Of a DNA stretch of 64,000 nt, positions 36,995 to 47,200 are shown piece by piece. Numbering within the stretch: the stretch's first letter is position 1; each line of letters begins with the position of its first letter. The stretch covers positions 412,249-476,248 of IMG/VR virus record IMGVR_UViG_3300018080_008436; one strand, written 5' to 3'. The position numbers and the translations under genes are program-made. The notes under the pieces were generated by a model that worked only from the letters and a program-made list of their open reading frames with translations, did not search any database and was not told the DNA's origin.

Positions 36995-37020
36995 TGCTCT
37001 TCTCCTTGGTTGTTTTTGTT

Positions 37021-38082
37021 TTATCTTGCTACTTGAATACCATTCTTTTCGCAAAATTCGATGGCGTATATTGAGAATACTCCAGCACTCAATCCGTAGT
37101 TGTCGTTGTCTCCAACAATTGCAGTTATTACTCCGATAACCTTACCATCATGACGATTGATAATTGGACCGCCACTGTTTCCTGGTAATATTGCGAGATC
37201 TAAAAACATGTATAGAGGTGCTCCATTATGAGAATAGATCTCCCTGTCAAGAGAGCTAACATAACCGAAAGTTGTGTTGTTTTCGAATCCATGAGGACTT
37301 CCAACTGCAAAAATTTCATCTCCGACATTAACGATTTGATCGAATTCAAAAGGTTTTGCATTGATATCGGCCTTCAGTAAAGCTAGGTCTTTAGCTCCAT
37401 CAAAGGCTATAACCTCTGCGTTAACCATCTGATCTCCATCTTTGATCAGTACCCTTATCATATCCTCATATTCAGAGAAGTCAAGCGAGCTTTCAGTATT
37501 TTTGTTGTAATTTTTTACGACATGGGCGCAAGTAAGGAAATAATTAGGGGCTACGCAGAAAGCAGAACCCGTTTCCTCAGTATTCGTGCTGAAGTTCTGT
37601 GACTTTACAACAAACGTCTTTTCAAGAGCCTCATCAACTTGATTTGGTTCTGGTTCAGCTTGCGCTACTCTAGAGATCCATTTGACAAGAACTCCCCTCT
37701 CTTCCATCTTTCTTCGATATTGTTGAGCCGATTCCAAAGATGGGAAAGTTTTATAGCCACCTCTAACCTTTAACTTCCAAACCTCTTTATCACCAGAATT
37801 ATTAGTAAGGTTTCTGAAGATGTCTAAATCTCTTTCTCTTCTTTTGTAATCGTCACCCTCATCTTTGTAAGATCCAGGTTGAGATTCTTCGTTCCTTGAC
37901 CAATCTCCCCAATCACCTTGTTGACCTGGGAGTTTATATTGTTTGCCAGTCAATACATCCCATATGGTATGCACATTATTGAAGGGCATAACGGATTTTG
38001 GAGTAGTGGGACTTAAGCCAGAGCCTGGATATAGAATCTCAGGCATTGTTGTGCGATAAGCTTTTTTCTTTTGTTTGCCCAT
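37021..38082 (-). CDS. trypsin-like (S1/HtrA-type) serine protease with N-terminal extension
   Basis: GSAF...FLTCAHVV, DLALLK, GNSGGP triad; AGG-N19-GAATAA at 38116-38140. Confidence 0.85.
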   Translation of the reverse strand: MGKQKKKAYRTTMPEILYPGSGLSPTTPKSVMPFNNVHTIWDVLTGKQYKLPGQQGDWGDWSRNEESQPGSYKDEGDDYKRRERDLDIFRNLTNNSGDKEVWKLKVRGGYKTFPSLESAQQYRRKMEERGVLVKWISRVAQAEPEPNQVDEALEKTFVVKSQNFSTNTEETGSAFCVAPNYFLTCAHVVKNYNKNTESSLDFSEYEDMIRVLIKDGDQMVNAEVIAFDGAKDLALLKADINAKPFEFDQIVNVGDEIFAVGSPHGFENNTTFGYVSSLDREIYSHNGAPLYMFLDLAILPGNSGGPIINRHDGKVIGVITAIVGDNDNYGLSAGVFSIYAIEFCEKNGIQVAR

Positions 38083-38140
38083 TTTTGATACCTAAATTAA
38101 GTGTACTCTAACTTATTCAAAAAAAGTACACTTTGAACCT

Positions 38141-38971
38141 TTAGACTTCAATAAAGGCATCTCCAAGTTGATCTTCTTCATCAACTTCATCTGGAATGAA
38201 GGCATTTTCCACATCTTCATCTACAGGTTCTTCTTCATCGATAAAAGCATCTTCTACATCATCTCCGAAGATTTCATCAACATCTAGGAAATTTGCATCT
38301 GGTCTATCACCGAAAGCATTGTTTTTCATTTCAACCTGGGTTGCCTTGCCATTGCCAGCGCCAATAACAGCGGTTGTTCCCATTCTTTCAGATGGATCTA
38401 ACAAAGATTCATCGATGGGTGTTTCTTCCTCAACCTCTTCCCCTGCCTCTTCTGCATCAAGCTTTGCGGCGGCTTTCATGGATGCCTCACAACGAGGCTC
38501 ATTTTCATCAATTTCCCCATTCATCTTGTGAACCATCTCTTGAGTCTTAGGCCCTACATCAGTCATTACAACCACTTTCTCTTTTGGTTTTTCTTCCTTT
38601 TCAGCCTTCTTTTCAGTTTTCTTGCTTTTGCTCTTGCCTCTTCTTGACTTAGGCTTCCTTTTGGGCTTCTCTTCTTCAGCCTTTTCTTCAGGCTTTTCTT
38701 CAGGCTTTTCTTGGGGAGGTTCAGTGGTCAGAATCTCTTCTACCTTTTCTGCTTCTTTAGGTTTTTCTTCGATCACTTCCATACGAATCAAACCATAGTT
38801 GGCAACTTGTCTGAGTTCACTTGCTTGCGCTTCGTTTTCAACTTCGATATTTAAAGCGTAACTACATCCATCACATTTTTTAGGATTGGGGTCATATTTA
38901 CCCCTAAGCATCATGCCAATAGTGTTGAAGGAAATTGTAGCTTCTGTCAAACCATATACGTTAACTTTCAT
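38141..38971 (-). CDS. hypothetical protein with Lys/Glu-rich low-complexity segments
   Basis: 276-aa ORF; TGTATAAT upstream at ~39005-39012. Confidence 0.7.
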   Translation of the reverse strand: MKVNVYGLTEATISFNTIGMMLRGKYDPNPKKCDGCSYALNIEVENEAQASELRQVANYGLIRMEVIEEKPKEAEKVEEILTTEPPQEKPEEKPEEKAEEEKPKRKPKSRRGKSKSKKTEKKAEKEEKPKEKVVVMTDVGPKTQEMVHKMNGEIDENEPRCEASMKAAAKLDAEEAGEEVEEETPIDESLLDPSERMGTTAVIGAGNGKATQVEMKNNAFGDRPDANFLDVDEIFGDDVEDAFIDEEEPVDEDVENAFIPDEVDEEDQLGDAFIEV

Positions 38972-39208
38972 AATAAAACTCCCAATTTAGTCTTGGTGTT
39001 GTTTATTATACAAATTAACCGAGCAGATCTAACCCTATGTTTTTGTCTTGCATAAAGGTGTTGATGTGTTTAAGGAAAAGAGCTTTCTCTTGTGGAGTAA
39101 AAAATGCAGATGCAAGTAAACTACTCAACTCATCACTTGTCGCAGGGATATCATCCTCGTCAAACGATCTTTTGAATGAAACAAATGCTCGACTTACTTT
39201 CTGGTCAT

Positions 39209-40150
39209 CTACTTTTTTTTTGTAGCTTCAACGATTTGACGGTTTTTGAAATAATTGGATGCAAAGAGTCTATCTTCCTCATCCATTAGATCTTCTTCGT
39301 CTAAGTCAGTTACTTCAAAATCCTCACCCACTTCGTCAAGACCGATTTGGTAAGTTACAATGCCCTGACTAAGTTTTGAATCATCAAATGAAGCTAATGA
39401 AAATGGAATTTCGCCATGATGTTTGGACATGAAGTATTCCAAATCGTCAGCGATATCTTCCAAAGTCAAACTACTTGTATCGTTTGTACCAGTTATTTCA
39501 AGTTTACCAACAGCGGTAGGGGTTCCACCTATGTCAATCTCTTCGTAGTAGACTTCTTTAACAGCTTCTAGAACATCATCGTCGTCTCCGAGGTCTTCTA
39601 TTGGAAAATCAGGATCGATTTCATTAATTTCAAAGTCCTGTCCATAAGGATCATCTAGGATATCATCCATATTGTCTTCAAGACTACGATCACGTTCCAC
39701 ATAATCCCAATCAATATCCATTGACTGAGCTTTCTTCTCGAAAGCTATTTTAAGGCCATCTTCGCTTTTGATTTCCCACCATCTTTGTCGCTTGGGAGTT
39801 TCTGAGGCTGTCTCATACTCCTCTCCTTCGATATTGTAATCGGCCAATCGTTTCTCTTCAAGCTTATTCATATCACCTTCATAAGCTTGAGCATTTCTGT
39901 GTTTAGAACCAAATTCATCTTTGGCTTCATCTAGGTTTTTCTCAATAACAACTTCTGCACTACCAGTTCTGTTGTTTTCAAGAAGCTTTTCCATAACTGA
40001 ATCTTTGTCACCTACGTGATGAGGATCTAACTGCTTATCTGTAATTTCCTCTGGAATGTCGCCATGGGATTCTGACAACATGCGATCAGTATGGGCATCT
40101 TCATCTAATTTTTCATAGACTACAAATTTATATTCAGACATTTTATGCAC
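39209..40150 (-). CDS. acidic hypothetical head-associated protein; candidate -1 frameshift extension to 39015
   Basis: 313 aa ending ACA AAA AAA AAG TAG; AGG-N19-GAACAA at 40176-40200; LKIAFEKKAQ motif. Confidence 0.7.
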   Translation of the reverse strand: MHKMSEYKFVVYEKLDEDAHTDRMLSESHGDIPEEITDKQLDPHHVGDKDSVMEKLLENNRTGSAEVVIEKNLDEAKDEFGSKHRNAQAYEGDMNKLEEKRLADYNIEGEEYETASETPKRQRWWEIKSEDGLKIAFEKKAQSMDIDWDYVERDRSLEDNMDDILDDPYGQDFEINEIDPDFPIEDLGDDDDVLEAVKEVYYEEIDIGGTPTAVGKLEITGTNDTSSLTLEDIADDLEYFMSKHHGEIPFSLASFDDSKLSQGIVTYQIGLDEVGEDFEVTDLDEEDLMDEEDRLFASNYFKNRQIVEATKKK

Positions 40151-40200
40151 TCTCCTGAAGAATATTTCTTATTTGTTCTTCTTCTATTATAAAAAATCCT

Positions 40201-42036
40201 CTAAAATCTCATCCTAACAGTTACAGGTTCTGGAAGAGCAGGGTTCAGTCCATCAGTAGCAGAAGAAACAGCCCCTACTAAGCAATCAACTACATCATCT
40301 GTCTTCACATCTGCATTTTTATCTGGCAGAAGAGAAATTCCTCTTGCAATTCTTTTGAATTTTAAGTGTTGCATCTCTGCTAACATATATGAAGCATGTC
40401 CATCATCATCATAAAGATAAATTTCAGGATTTGGTTGATACTCCATCATCATCTTCATATTTCTATATAATTTCTGTTTAACACTTCTGTTATATTGAAT
40501 CTTTTGACAATTTACTCCATGACTCCTCAAAAACTGCAAACTGTGTACAGACTGAAAGTCATCATAAGTAACTCTCAATGGTCTAAAGATTTTGCAAATA
40601 GTTAGAACATCTCTATCAATCTCATGGAATTGTAATCCAATACCTGGAACTGGTTTCCAGATCCATACGCCAGCTAATTCAACCATCCATCTCTTTTCCC
40701 CCTGATTGTTTCTATATTTCTTAGCGGCAATCAAAACCATACTGAAGTTATTTCCGCCATTGGCTGGATCAACATGAGCATAATAATTGTATCCTGGTGC
40801 TGGTTTGGCATGAGGGCCAAGATCTGCCCTTACACATCTTTCAAGCAATCCTTCCTCAAAATAGTTACCATAAATACCGCCACTAGCCCATTGAGCGCCA
40901 TACTCAATAGCAAACATTTCTGGGTTACTCTCTCTATCACCAACCATCTCTTTGTTATAAAAATCAATATCATCATTTACACACCAAGTTGGCAACTGAA
41001 ACGATAAGATAGAATCATCTTCTAATGATCTTCGATACATATCATAGAAAATACCCATCCTATTGTTCGGTGATGATATCATCACTATTCGAGCCGCATT
41101 ATATTTGTAGAATTTAGATAATGATGGCTTTAATCTGTTGAAGAAATAGGTCCCTGTTACCTTACCACTCTCATCATAGAATGCAATCTCGTCAAACAGA
41201 ATAAGAATAGCACTATATCCAGCAAGTGAGTCTGGATTACTATGACCACAAAGAAGTAGAATAGATCCCGCAACTTCAATGTCAACTCCCTGACTTTTCT
41301 TTTCTAAGTCAGAGTCAGTATACAAACGAATCTCCGAAGAAATTGATTTAGCGATTCGTCCTTTGAAAAAAGGAGAGTTTCTAATTCTAGCCTGAATCTG
41401 TCCAAACAAACGTCCAGCCTGAGATTGTGACAAGGCAACATTAATAATTGCAATTTCATCATCACTAGGTAGATTATAGTAGCTATGGGGATTACCCTCA
41501 TTAATAACTAGTAACTTGTACGCTTCATACACAGTTATGATTGAAGCCATCAAGGTTTTACTTCCACGTCTACCTAAGACAAGATGCAACATACTAAAAT
41601 ATTCAGGTCGTCTGTCTTCTGGCTTCTTCCCCTCATTTTCATCATTCCCCTTGGCCTTCTCATCGTGGAACCTGTCCATCTCGATCATTTTTTTGATAAC
41701 CTCTTTGATGTTCCTTTCATAAGTAACACCTTCAAGAGTCTCATCTTCTTCATTACCGTAAAGCCACTCCCACTCTTCTTTATTGAGATGAAGGTCTTCA
41801 TTTCCTATAGTGTTCTTGTAGAAGCACTTAAGGATAACTCTTTGGGAAGTCCAGAGATCAAGCTGATTCTCTTCTGATGGTAAGTTTAGGTAGTCTGGAT
41901 GATCACAAAACGTTATGATATCGACTATCTCTTTGTAACCCTTGTTCTTTTTCAGAATCGGGTTTTTGGTATTAATCTGAAGTATTGCTTCTTCAAGTGG
42001 ATTAATAGCTTTCTGCTTCTTCTGGCGACTCGACAT
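40201..42036 (-). CDS. terL: terminase large subunit
   Basis: Walker A GRRGSKT, Walker B ILFDEIAF, motif III ISSP, EYGAQW, RNase H-like HVDPA and C-terminal DDVVD. Confidence 0.9.
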   Translation of the reverse strand: MSSRQKKQKAINPLEEAILQINTKNPILKKNKGYKEIVDIITFCDHPDYLNLPSEENQLDLWTSQRVILKCFYKNTIGNEDLHLNKEEWEWLYGNEEDETLEGVTYERNIKEVIKKMIEMDRFHDEKAKGNDENEGKKPEDRRPEYFSMLHLVLGRRGSKTLMASIITVYEAYKLLVINEGNPHSYYNLPSDDEIAIINVALSQSQAGRLFGQIQARIRNSPFFKGRIAKSISSEIRLYTDSDLEKKSQGVDIEVAGSILLLCGHSNPDSLAGYSAILILFDEIAFYDESGKVTGTYFFNRLKPSLSKFYKYNAARIVMISSPNNRMGIFYDMYRRSLEDDSILSFQLPTWCVNDDIDFYNKEMVGDRESNPEMFAIEYGAQWASGGIYGNYFEEGLLERCVRADLGPHAKPAPGYNYYAHVDPANGGNNFSMVLIAAKKYRNNQGEKRWMVELAGVWIWKPVPGIGLQFHEIDRDVLTICKIFRPLRVTYDDFQSVHSLQFLRSHGVNCQKIQYNRSVKQKLYRNMKMMMEYQPNPEIYLYDDDGHASYMLAEMQHLKFKRIARGISLLPDKNADVKTDDVVDCLVGAVSSATDGLNPALPEPVTVRMRF

Positions 42037-42853
42037 AATATTCCTCCAATATATAAACACAACCATTGTCTGATGGACAAAAGGTCAGAATTTTATTTCC
42101 AACCTTATATATTTCAAACAAATGAGTCGCATCTCCTTCAGAGGAAAGCATATGCACAGTATTGTCACTTAAAAAGAAAAGTTTGTTCTTGACATAATAT
42201 ATGTCTTTTAGGTCTTTGCAGTCATCGATAATTGTGTACGTTGAGTTTTTTCGTATCCCCCTTAAGCAATTGTTACCACTGTCTGCAAAACAGACAGTTT
42301 TTCCCATTATTGCAACTCCAGTTGGTTTAGAAATCCTCGTATTTTTTAAATTTGATATTGAGAATCCAGCCTTACCACAACCTATAAGTGGAAAGGCGTT
42401 CTCCTCATTCATTATAAAGCATCTGTGACAATTTGTAGTGCTCCAGATGACTTGATTTTCTAATGAAGTTACATAAGTCCTTGAGTCGCTTCTTCCAAGG
42501 ACTTTTCTTCTAAATTGTTTAGCACTGTTTTTTGAGATCAAATTCTCAAAATCCATCAACTCCAAATCGACTTTGTGAATTCGGCTACCACCTTCTGAAA
42601 CTATATATAAACAATCATAACTGGAATTATAGCATATCGAACTGAAAGTTGAAAAGTCTGGCTTCTCAGTATATGTGAGTTCATAACGCCAATCAGGATT
42701 GCAGTCGCCATTATTCATCTTTCCTATGCCATCATCATGTAGGAAAAACAGATTATCCCCAACACAACAAAAATCCTTGATCTCGAAGTTGATCTCGAAA
42801 TTTCGTTGTTTTCGGGTGGTAAGGTTCTTTTCTGTAAGTTTATAGATCATCAA
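42002..42853 (-). CDS. NHL-repeat/beta-propeller-like protein
   Basis: KPTGVAI...FADSGNNCLR NHL-like repeat. Confidence 0.55.
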   Translation of the reverse strand: MMIYKLTEKNLTTRKQRNFEINFEIKDFCCVGDNLFFLHDDGIGKMNNGDCNPDWRYELTYTEKPDFSTFSSICYNSSYDCLYIVSEGGSRIHKVDLELMDFENLISKNSAKQFRRKVLGRSDSRTYVTSLENQVIWSTTNCHRCFIMNEENAFPLIGCGKAGFSISNLKNTRISKPTGVAIMGKTVCFADSGNNCLRGIRKNSTYTIIDDCKDLKDIYYVKNKLFFLSDNTVHMLSSEGDATHLFEIYKVGNKILTFCPSDNGCVYILEEYYVESPEEAESY

Positions 42854-44207
42854 TGATTTCGAACTGATCTTCTACCATTCTACAAATGTGATTACCAAAG
42901 TTAATATCAACTTCCAAATGATCACCAAATGGTATAACTTGGACAACATGTCCTGTTTGTTGATAATAGCTTTCCAAAGTTGGATCAGTGCAAACAACAA
43001 TTGCGCCTTTTCCATTTTGGTAGTAATCCTGTTCAGAGTATTTTGATCCTGCTTCTTTCGTCATTGAAGATGGATTAACAAACCAAGCAGGTTTGTCTCC
43101 TTTAAAAGAAACAGTAAAAGTTGATGCCGCCTTAGATTCTTTATCTATTGTTTCGAAAGTAGGGCTTTCATAGGGAAAGTCTTTAGGTATGTCTGGTAAA
43201 CTACGTCCCTCTAAATGTAATACAGATGAATTGTCTCCTACACAGCAATGCCCTATCTTCTCCACAATTGGCTTCCAATATGCTTGATAGAACTCCAGGG
43301 AGTGATATGGATACATATCCCTGATTTTGCCCCCAGGTCTTATGTCTTGCAAAAACAAATCTTTCCCAATATCTAATGCGATTACAATATCGTCACCATC
43401 AAATAAATCAATACCATGGGAATGTTTTACCCATACTGCACTTGGATGATTATTTTCAACTGCTGAACAAGCACGTTTGCCATACTCATTCATCAACTCT
43501 TGGATTGCATCAGCGTCGATGTCTCCCCAAGCATCTTGATAAGAAGTAAGAGATTGGGCTTGCTTTATTAAAGACTTAGATGAGGCCATCGGCATTTCCA
43601 TTGGATCGGCCATTGGCATCCCTCCCATCGGATCGGCCATCGGATCAGCCATTGGATCAGCCATTGGGACATCTTCCTCTTCTTCACTTTCTTTTTTGTC
43701 CTTGGCTAAATCCTCAGAATAATATTTGTGGACAAGTTCCTTTATTTTAGAAATAATTCCGTTCAGTCTTTCTTCGCTTTTTTCTTTATCTTCTTCTTCA
43801 GCGAGTTCATCTTCGTCCATGTTGTCTATCACAAACAAAATTTCACTAACAACAGCTTTTGCTTCGAAGTAATTTACTTTCTTCTGATTCTTATCCTCTT
43901 CATCCATGCCATCCGCCGTATCCACGAGACCATCATAAATTTCTTCATAATGATCTGCTAATCTCGTCTCTGCCGAAACATCTTCTACTAATGGCTTTTG
44001 CAAATCCTCTATAGCGAATTTTTCTAAAGCGTCAATGTGATAAGAATGTTTCTCCGCAATTTGTTTGGCATCGCTATATGCTTCCCAGGCGTAACGATAC
44101 AAAGGTTCTGAGAATTTTGTAAGGTTACTGTGATGGATGGATGAGAATTTGTTTATTGTAAAACAATATCTGTCTTTTATCTTGAAAACTTTAATGTGTT
44201 TGTTCAT
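42840..44207 (-). CDS. hypothetical head-associated protein with PMAD repeats
   Basis: 455 aa; LEKFA, LIKQAQ, MTKEAG; AGG-N19-GAA at 44242-44266. Confidence 0.7.
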   Translation of the reverse strand: MNKHIKVFKIKDRYCFTINKFSSIHHSNLTKFSEPLYRYAWEAYSDAKQIAEKHSYHIDALEKFAIEDLQKPLVEDVSAETRLADHYEEIYDGLVDTADGMDEEDKNQKKVNYFEAKAVVSEILFVIDNMDEDELAEEEDKEKSEERLNGIISKIKELVHKYYSEDLAKDKKESEEEEDVPMADPMADPMADPMGGMPMADPMEMPMASSKSLIKQAQSLTSYQDAWGDIDADAIQELMNEYGKRACSAVENNHPSAVWVKHSHGIDLFDGDDIVIALDIGKDLFLQDIRPGGKIRDMYPYHSLEFYQAYWKPIVEKIGHCCVGDNSSVLHLEGRSLPDIPKDFPYESPTFETIDKESKAASTFTVSFKGDKPAWFVNPSSMTKEAGSKYSEQDYYQNGKGAIVVCTDPTLESYYQQTGHVVQVIPFGDHLEVDINFGNHICRMVEDQFEIIDDL

Positions 44208-44218
44208 AGCTAAAACCT

Positions 44219-44266
44219 AAAAAAGGCTGTATCGTGTTTATTTCCACAAATACAGCCTTTTTACCT
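44219..44266 (-). terminator. terminator after RNR, overlapping an AGG-N19-GAA promoter
   Basis: AAAAAGGCTGTAT...ATACAGCCTTTTT. Confidence 0.7.
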
Positions 44267-44275
44267 TTTATATGA

Positions 44276-47200
44276 TTACGAGTCTTTTTCGCTTAGCTTC
44301 TCACGTATGGATACTCCAAGTGCTCCGCTTTCACAATGACCGCCTGAGCAAGCGTCTCCAGCCCCGCCACCATAATTGTCTAAATTGCCATATTCATCTT
44401 CATAACATCCTGACCAGTCAACATCAATATATGTTCTAGTCAGATCTAACCACTTCTTCCAGTTCGCGACATCTTTAAGGCAATATGTCATTTTTCTAAC
44501 ATCACCTTCAAAATAGCGATCTGCAAATTGTTTTGCCCTTCTGACCCAATCCAATTTTTCTTTGTAGTTTTCTACATTATGGTTAAGCCAAGCTTCAAGT
44601 AGTTTGTCTGGAGAGTCAGGGGACAATCCTTCGTTTTTCCACTTGATCCCATTTGTTTCAAAATCTCTGGAGATCTTATTTCTTAAAGGATCAACATAGA
44701 TAATCTCTCCAATGCCAAGCAAACAATCACAAGCTTCCCAAAGATTGTCTTTAAATACTCTCAATCCGTCAACAATAAGACCGCTGGCGAATAAACTGCC
44801 ATCCCCATACTCTCTGACGATCTCTGTGATGGTCATAACTGCCGTAAAAGGCGCTTGAGGGTAATCTTTGTCCCCAGACATAGGTAACATAGAAATTCCC
44901 GCATAATACCTTCTATTGCGATAAATGTGGTTAGCAACATCATCCCATTCATGTGGCTTGATGTTAATAGTGTTTGATACATTATGTCTTAGCCAAGGAT
45001 AAATAGCCGTATCATGTCTTGTCCCTGACTCAACCCAATTCTGTTGAGTAAGCTTAACATTCTCAAGAAGAGTTATGGCACCGACCTGATTTTTGGTTTT
45101 GGCTCCATCAGGAACTTCGCATAAGAAGGTAATAACAACATCAGTGTTATTATTTGACCATACTGATTCTTCGATAGCATCTGGGTTATGTTTTTCAAAA
45201 TATTTCAGCGGAGTCTCAAGTTTGTTTGCTTGAACTCTCCTGAAATATCTTTTGGCATGATGAGGATGAATCCCAGATGCAGTTCCCAAAACACAACTCG
45301 TAGATCCAGCAGGCTTAACACATGTAGCTCTTGCACATAAATTGATGCCAAGTATTCCTGCAATCTTCTCATTAGTTTTAAGAATAAGTTTAGCACCCTT
45401 CCTTTGTAATGCAGGATCAAAGGCCATATCAGGATTATCTGCCATACCTGTCATAGAAACACCGAGAAGTGCCTCAAGCTTTACGATTTCCTGAGTGATG
45501 TTGCCCAAATAATGAAAGGTATCATACGAAGCTTGAATAGTGCCAATGATTGCCGCCGCTTTACAAGAGTCAAGAAAATCCTCTTCGGTTTTAACCTTCT
45601 TTACATTGATCTCACATAAATTGCAAAATTGCCATCCGCTAAGATATTCATTATTGTCCTGAGCGATAACAGCAGAGGCAAATTCTTTGCGGAATTGATC
45701 ATTCAAAGGGAGCTTTGGGACCATGCCGATTTCAACACAGTTATGTACATAAACTCCGTTTCCATCGAACGCATGAACAACGGGAACAGTACAATCATAT
45801 ACTTTTTCAATCCCCTTACTCTCTTTAGAGGCAACTGTAGCTATGAATTTACTCTTATTTGGTTTTCTTTTATATTGACTCAACAAACTATCAAGTTTTT
45901 GAATTTTATATGGTTCTGAAAACCCGATCCTATTTCTATAAACCCAAATAGATTCATTTGAAATAACAAGTTCATGGGCCGTTTGGCAAAAATAATCTTT
46001 TTTACCACCTTTTCCGTCAGGCATTGGTTTAAAACCCTCACCTCTACGGTTTTTATAAACTTTAGACACAATACCAAGGCGGAGGAGCATCCTTTGTACA
46101 GTTTTTAAATTGTTAAGAGAGATGCTGTGTAAACGTATTGACATCCCCTTCTTTAAATCGCCCTGGACAGATCCATCTGCATCAAAATACCCCTGAAGGA
46201 ACCCTCTATACATATCTGAAGAACTTCCCTCTATTTTACACCCTATCTCCTTTTCACCACGTTTTATTCCGTAGTATTCTGCCATCTTTTTTAACCCAGA
46301 AGAATATAACCTTAATTTACCGACATTTGACGTTTGTTTTCCTCCTGTCATTTCTTTATATGTATGAAGTCCTGACATTTTTATTCTTTTGATAGCCATC
46401 TTCATCATATGAGACCTTGACTCTCCCCAATAGTCAAGCAATGCACTATTTTTAGTAAAGGTTCCGTCCCCAAGCAAACTGCCCAACAACCAACCTTTAT
46501 CAAAGGTTTCATGAAACCCTTCTCCCTTCCATGTAAGATTTTGGTGATTATGTAAAACTATTTGATCTCCAACGTTTAGGTCTTTCAGTTCAACCCAACC
46601 CTCTGGAGTCATTATCTGGTGATTACTGGTCGCCTCTATGCAAAATCCCTCTTTAGTTTCTAAACCAAAAAGCTCTTTTTCCCCAGTTTCAAACATCCCC
46701 TTTTTTGTAGTAGGATATACTTGACCATCAACTATTGCTCCAAACTGTTTGCCCAAAAGATTTTTTGCTTTCTTCGGGCCATGATCTGTCATAACCCAAG
46801 TGTCACCACTAACACATGGATTATAAACGATGTCATTACTTTCTGCCCAAACGAAGCCTGGTTCACCAAATTCTTTGTTCAATTCAATGAATTTCATGAA
46901 CTGCTCTTTGGAGGTTTCGCTTCGCACTAAAATAACAGAATTATTTGATCTTCCTCTTTGAGGATTCTCTTTGCGCCAAGCGCCAGTTTTGGCTTTTGCC
47001 ATCTCTTCGTCTTCAGGAGAGAATAAACAAATAGATGCACTGCGGCGAATTCCACCAGACAAAACAGCATCAGAGGAATGCATCATGATATCATAAGCAT
47101 CAATTGGCCTAAGACAGTCACCAAACTTACAACATCTATTAAGCAGAACATTGATATTATATAGTGATATTTTCAGTCCATCTGGTCCAGGGGCCTTGCT

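Noticed and set aside
17396-39211. TAG stop-codon reassignment explaining the two broken ORFs
   Set aside because: Reading through TAG at 17439 or 39209 meets TGA/TAA within 4-13 codons; the continuations are in the -1 frame, and other genes end normally at TAG.
46698-46708. A_AAA_AAG heptamer in the intein coding region
   Set aside because: It lies mid-domain in an essential enzyme with no sign of a functional alternative frame; it shows such heptamers also arise by chance.
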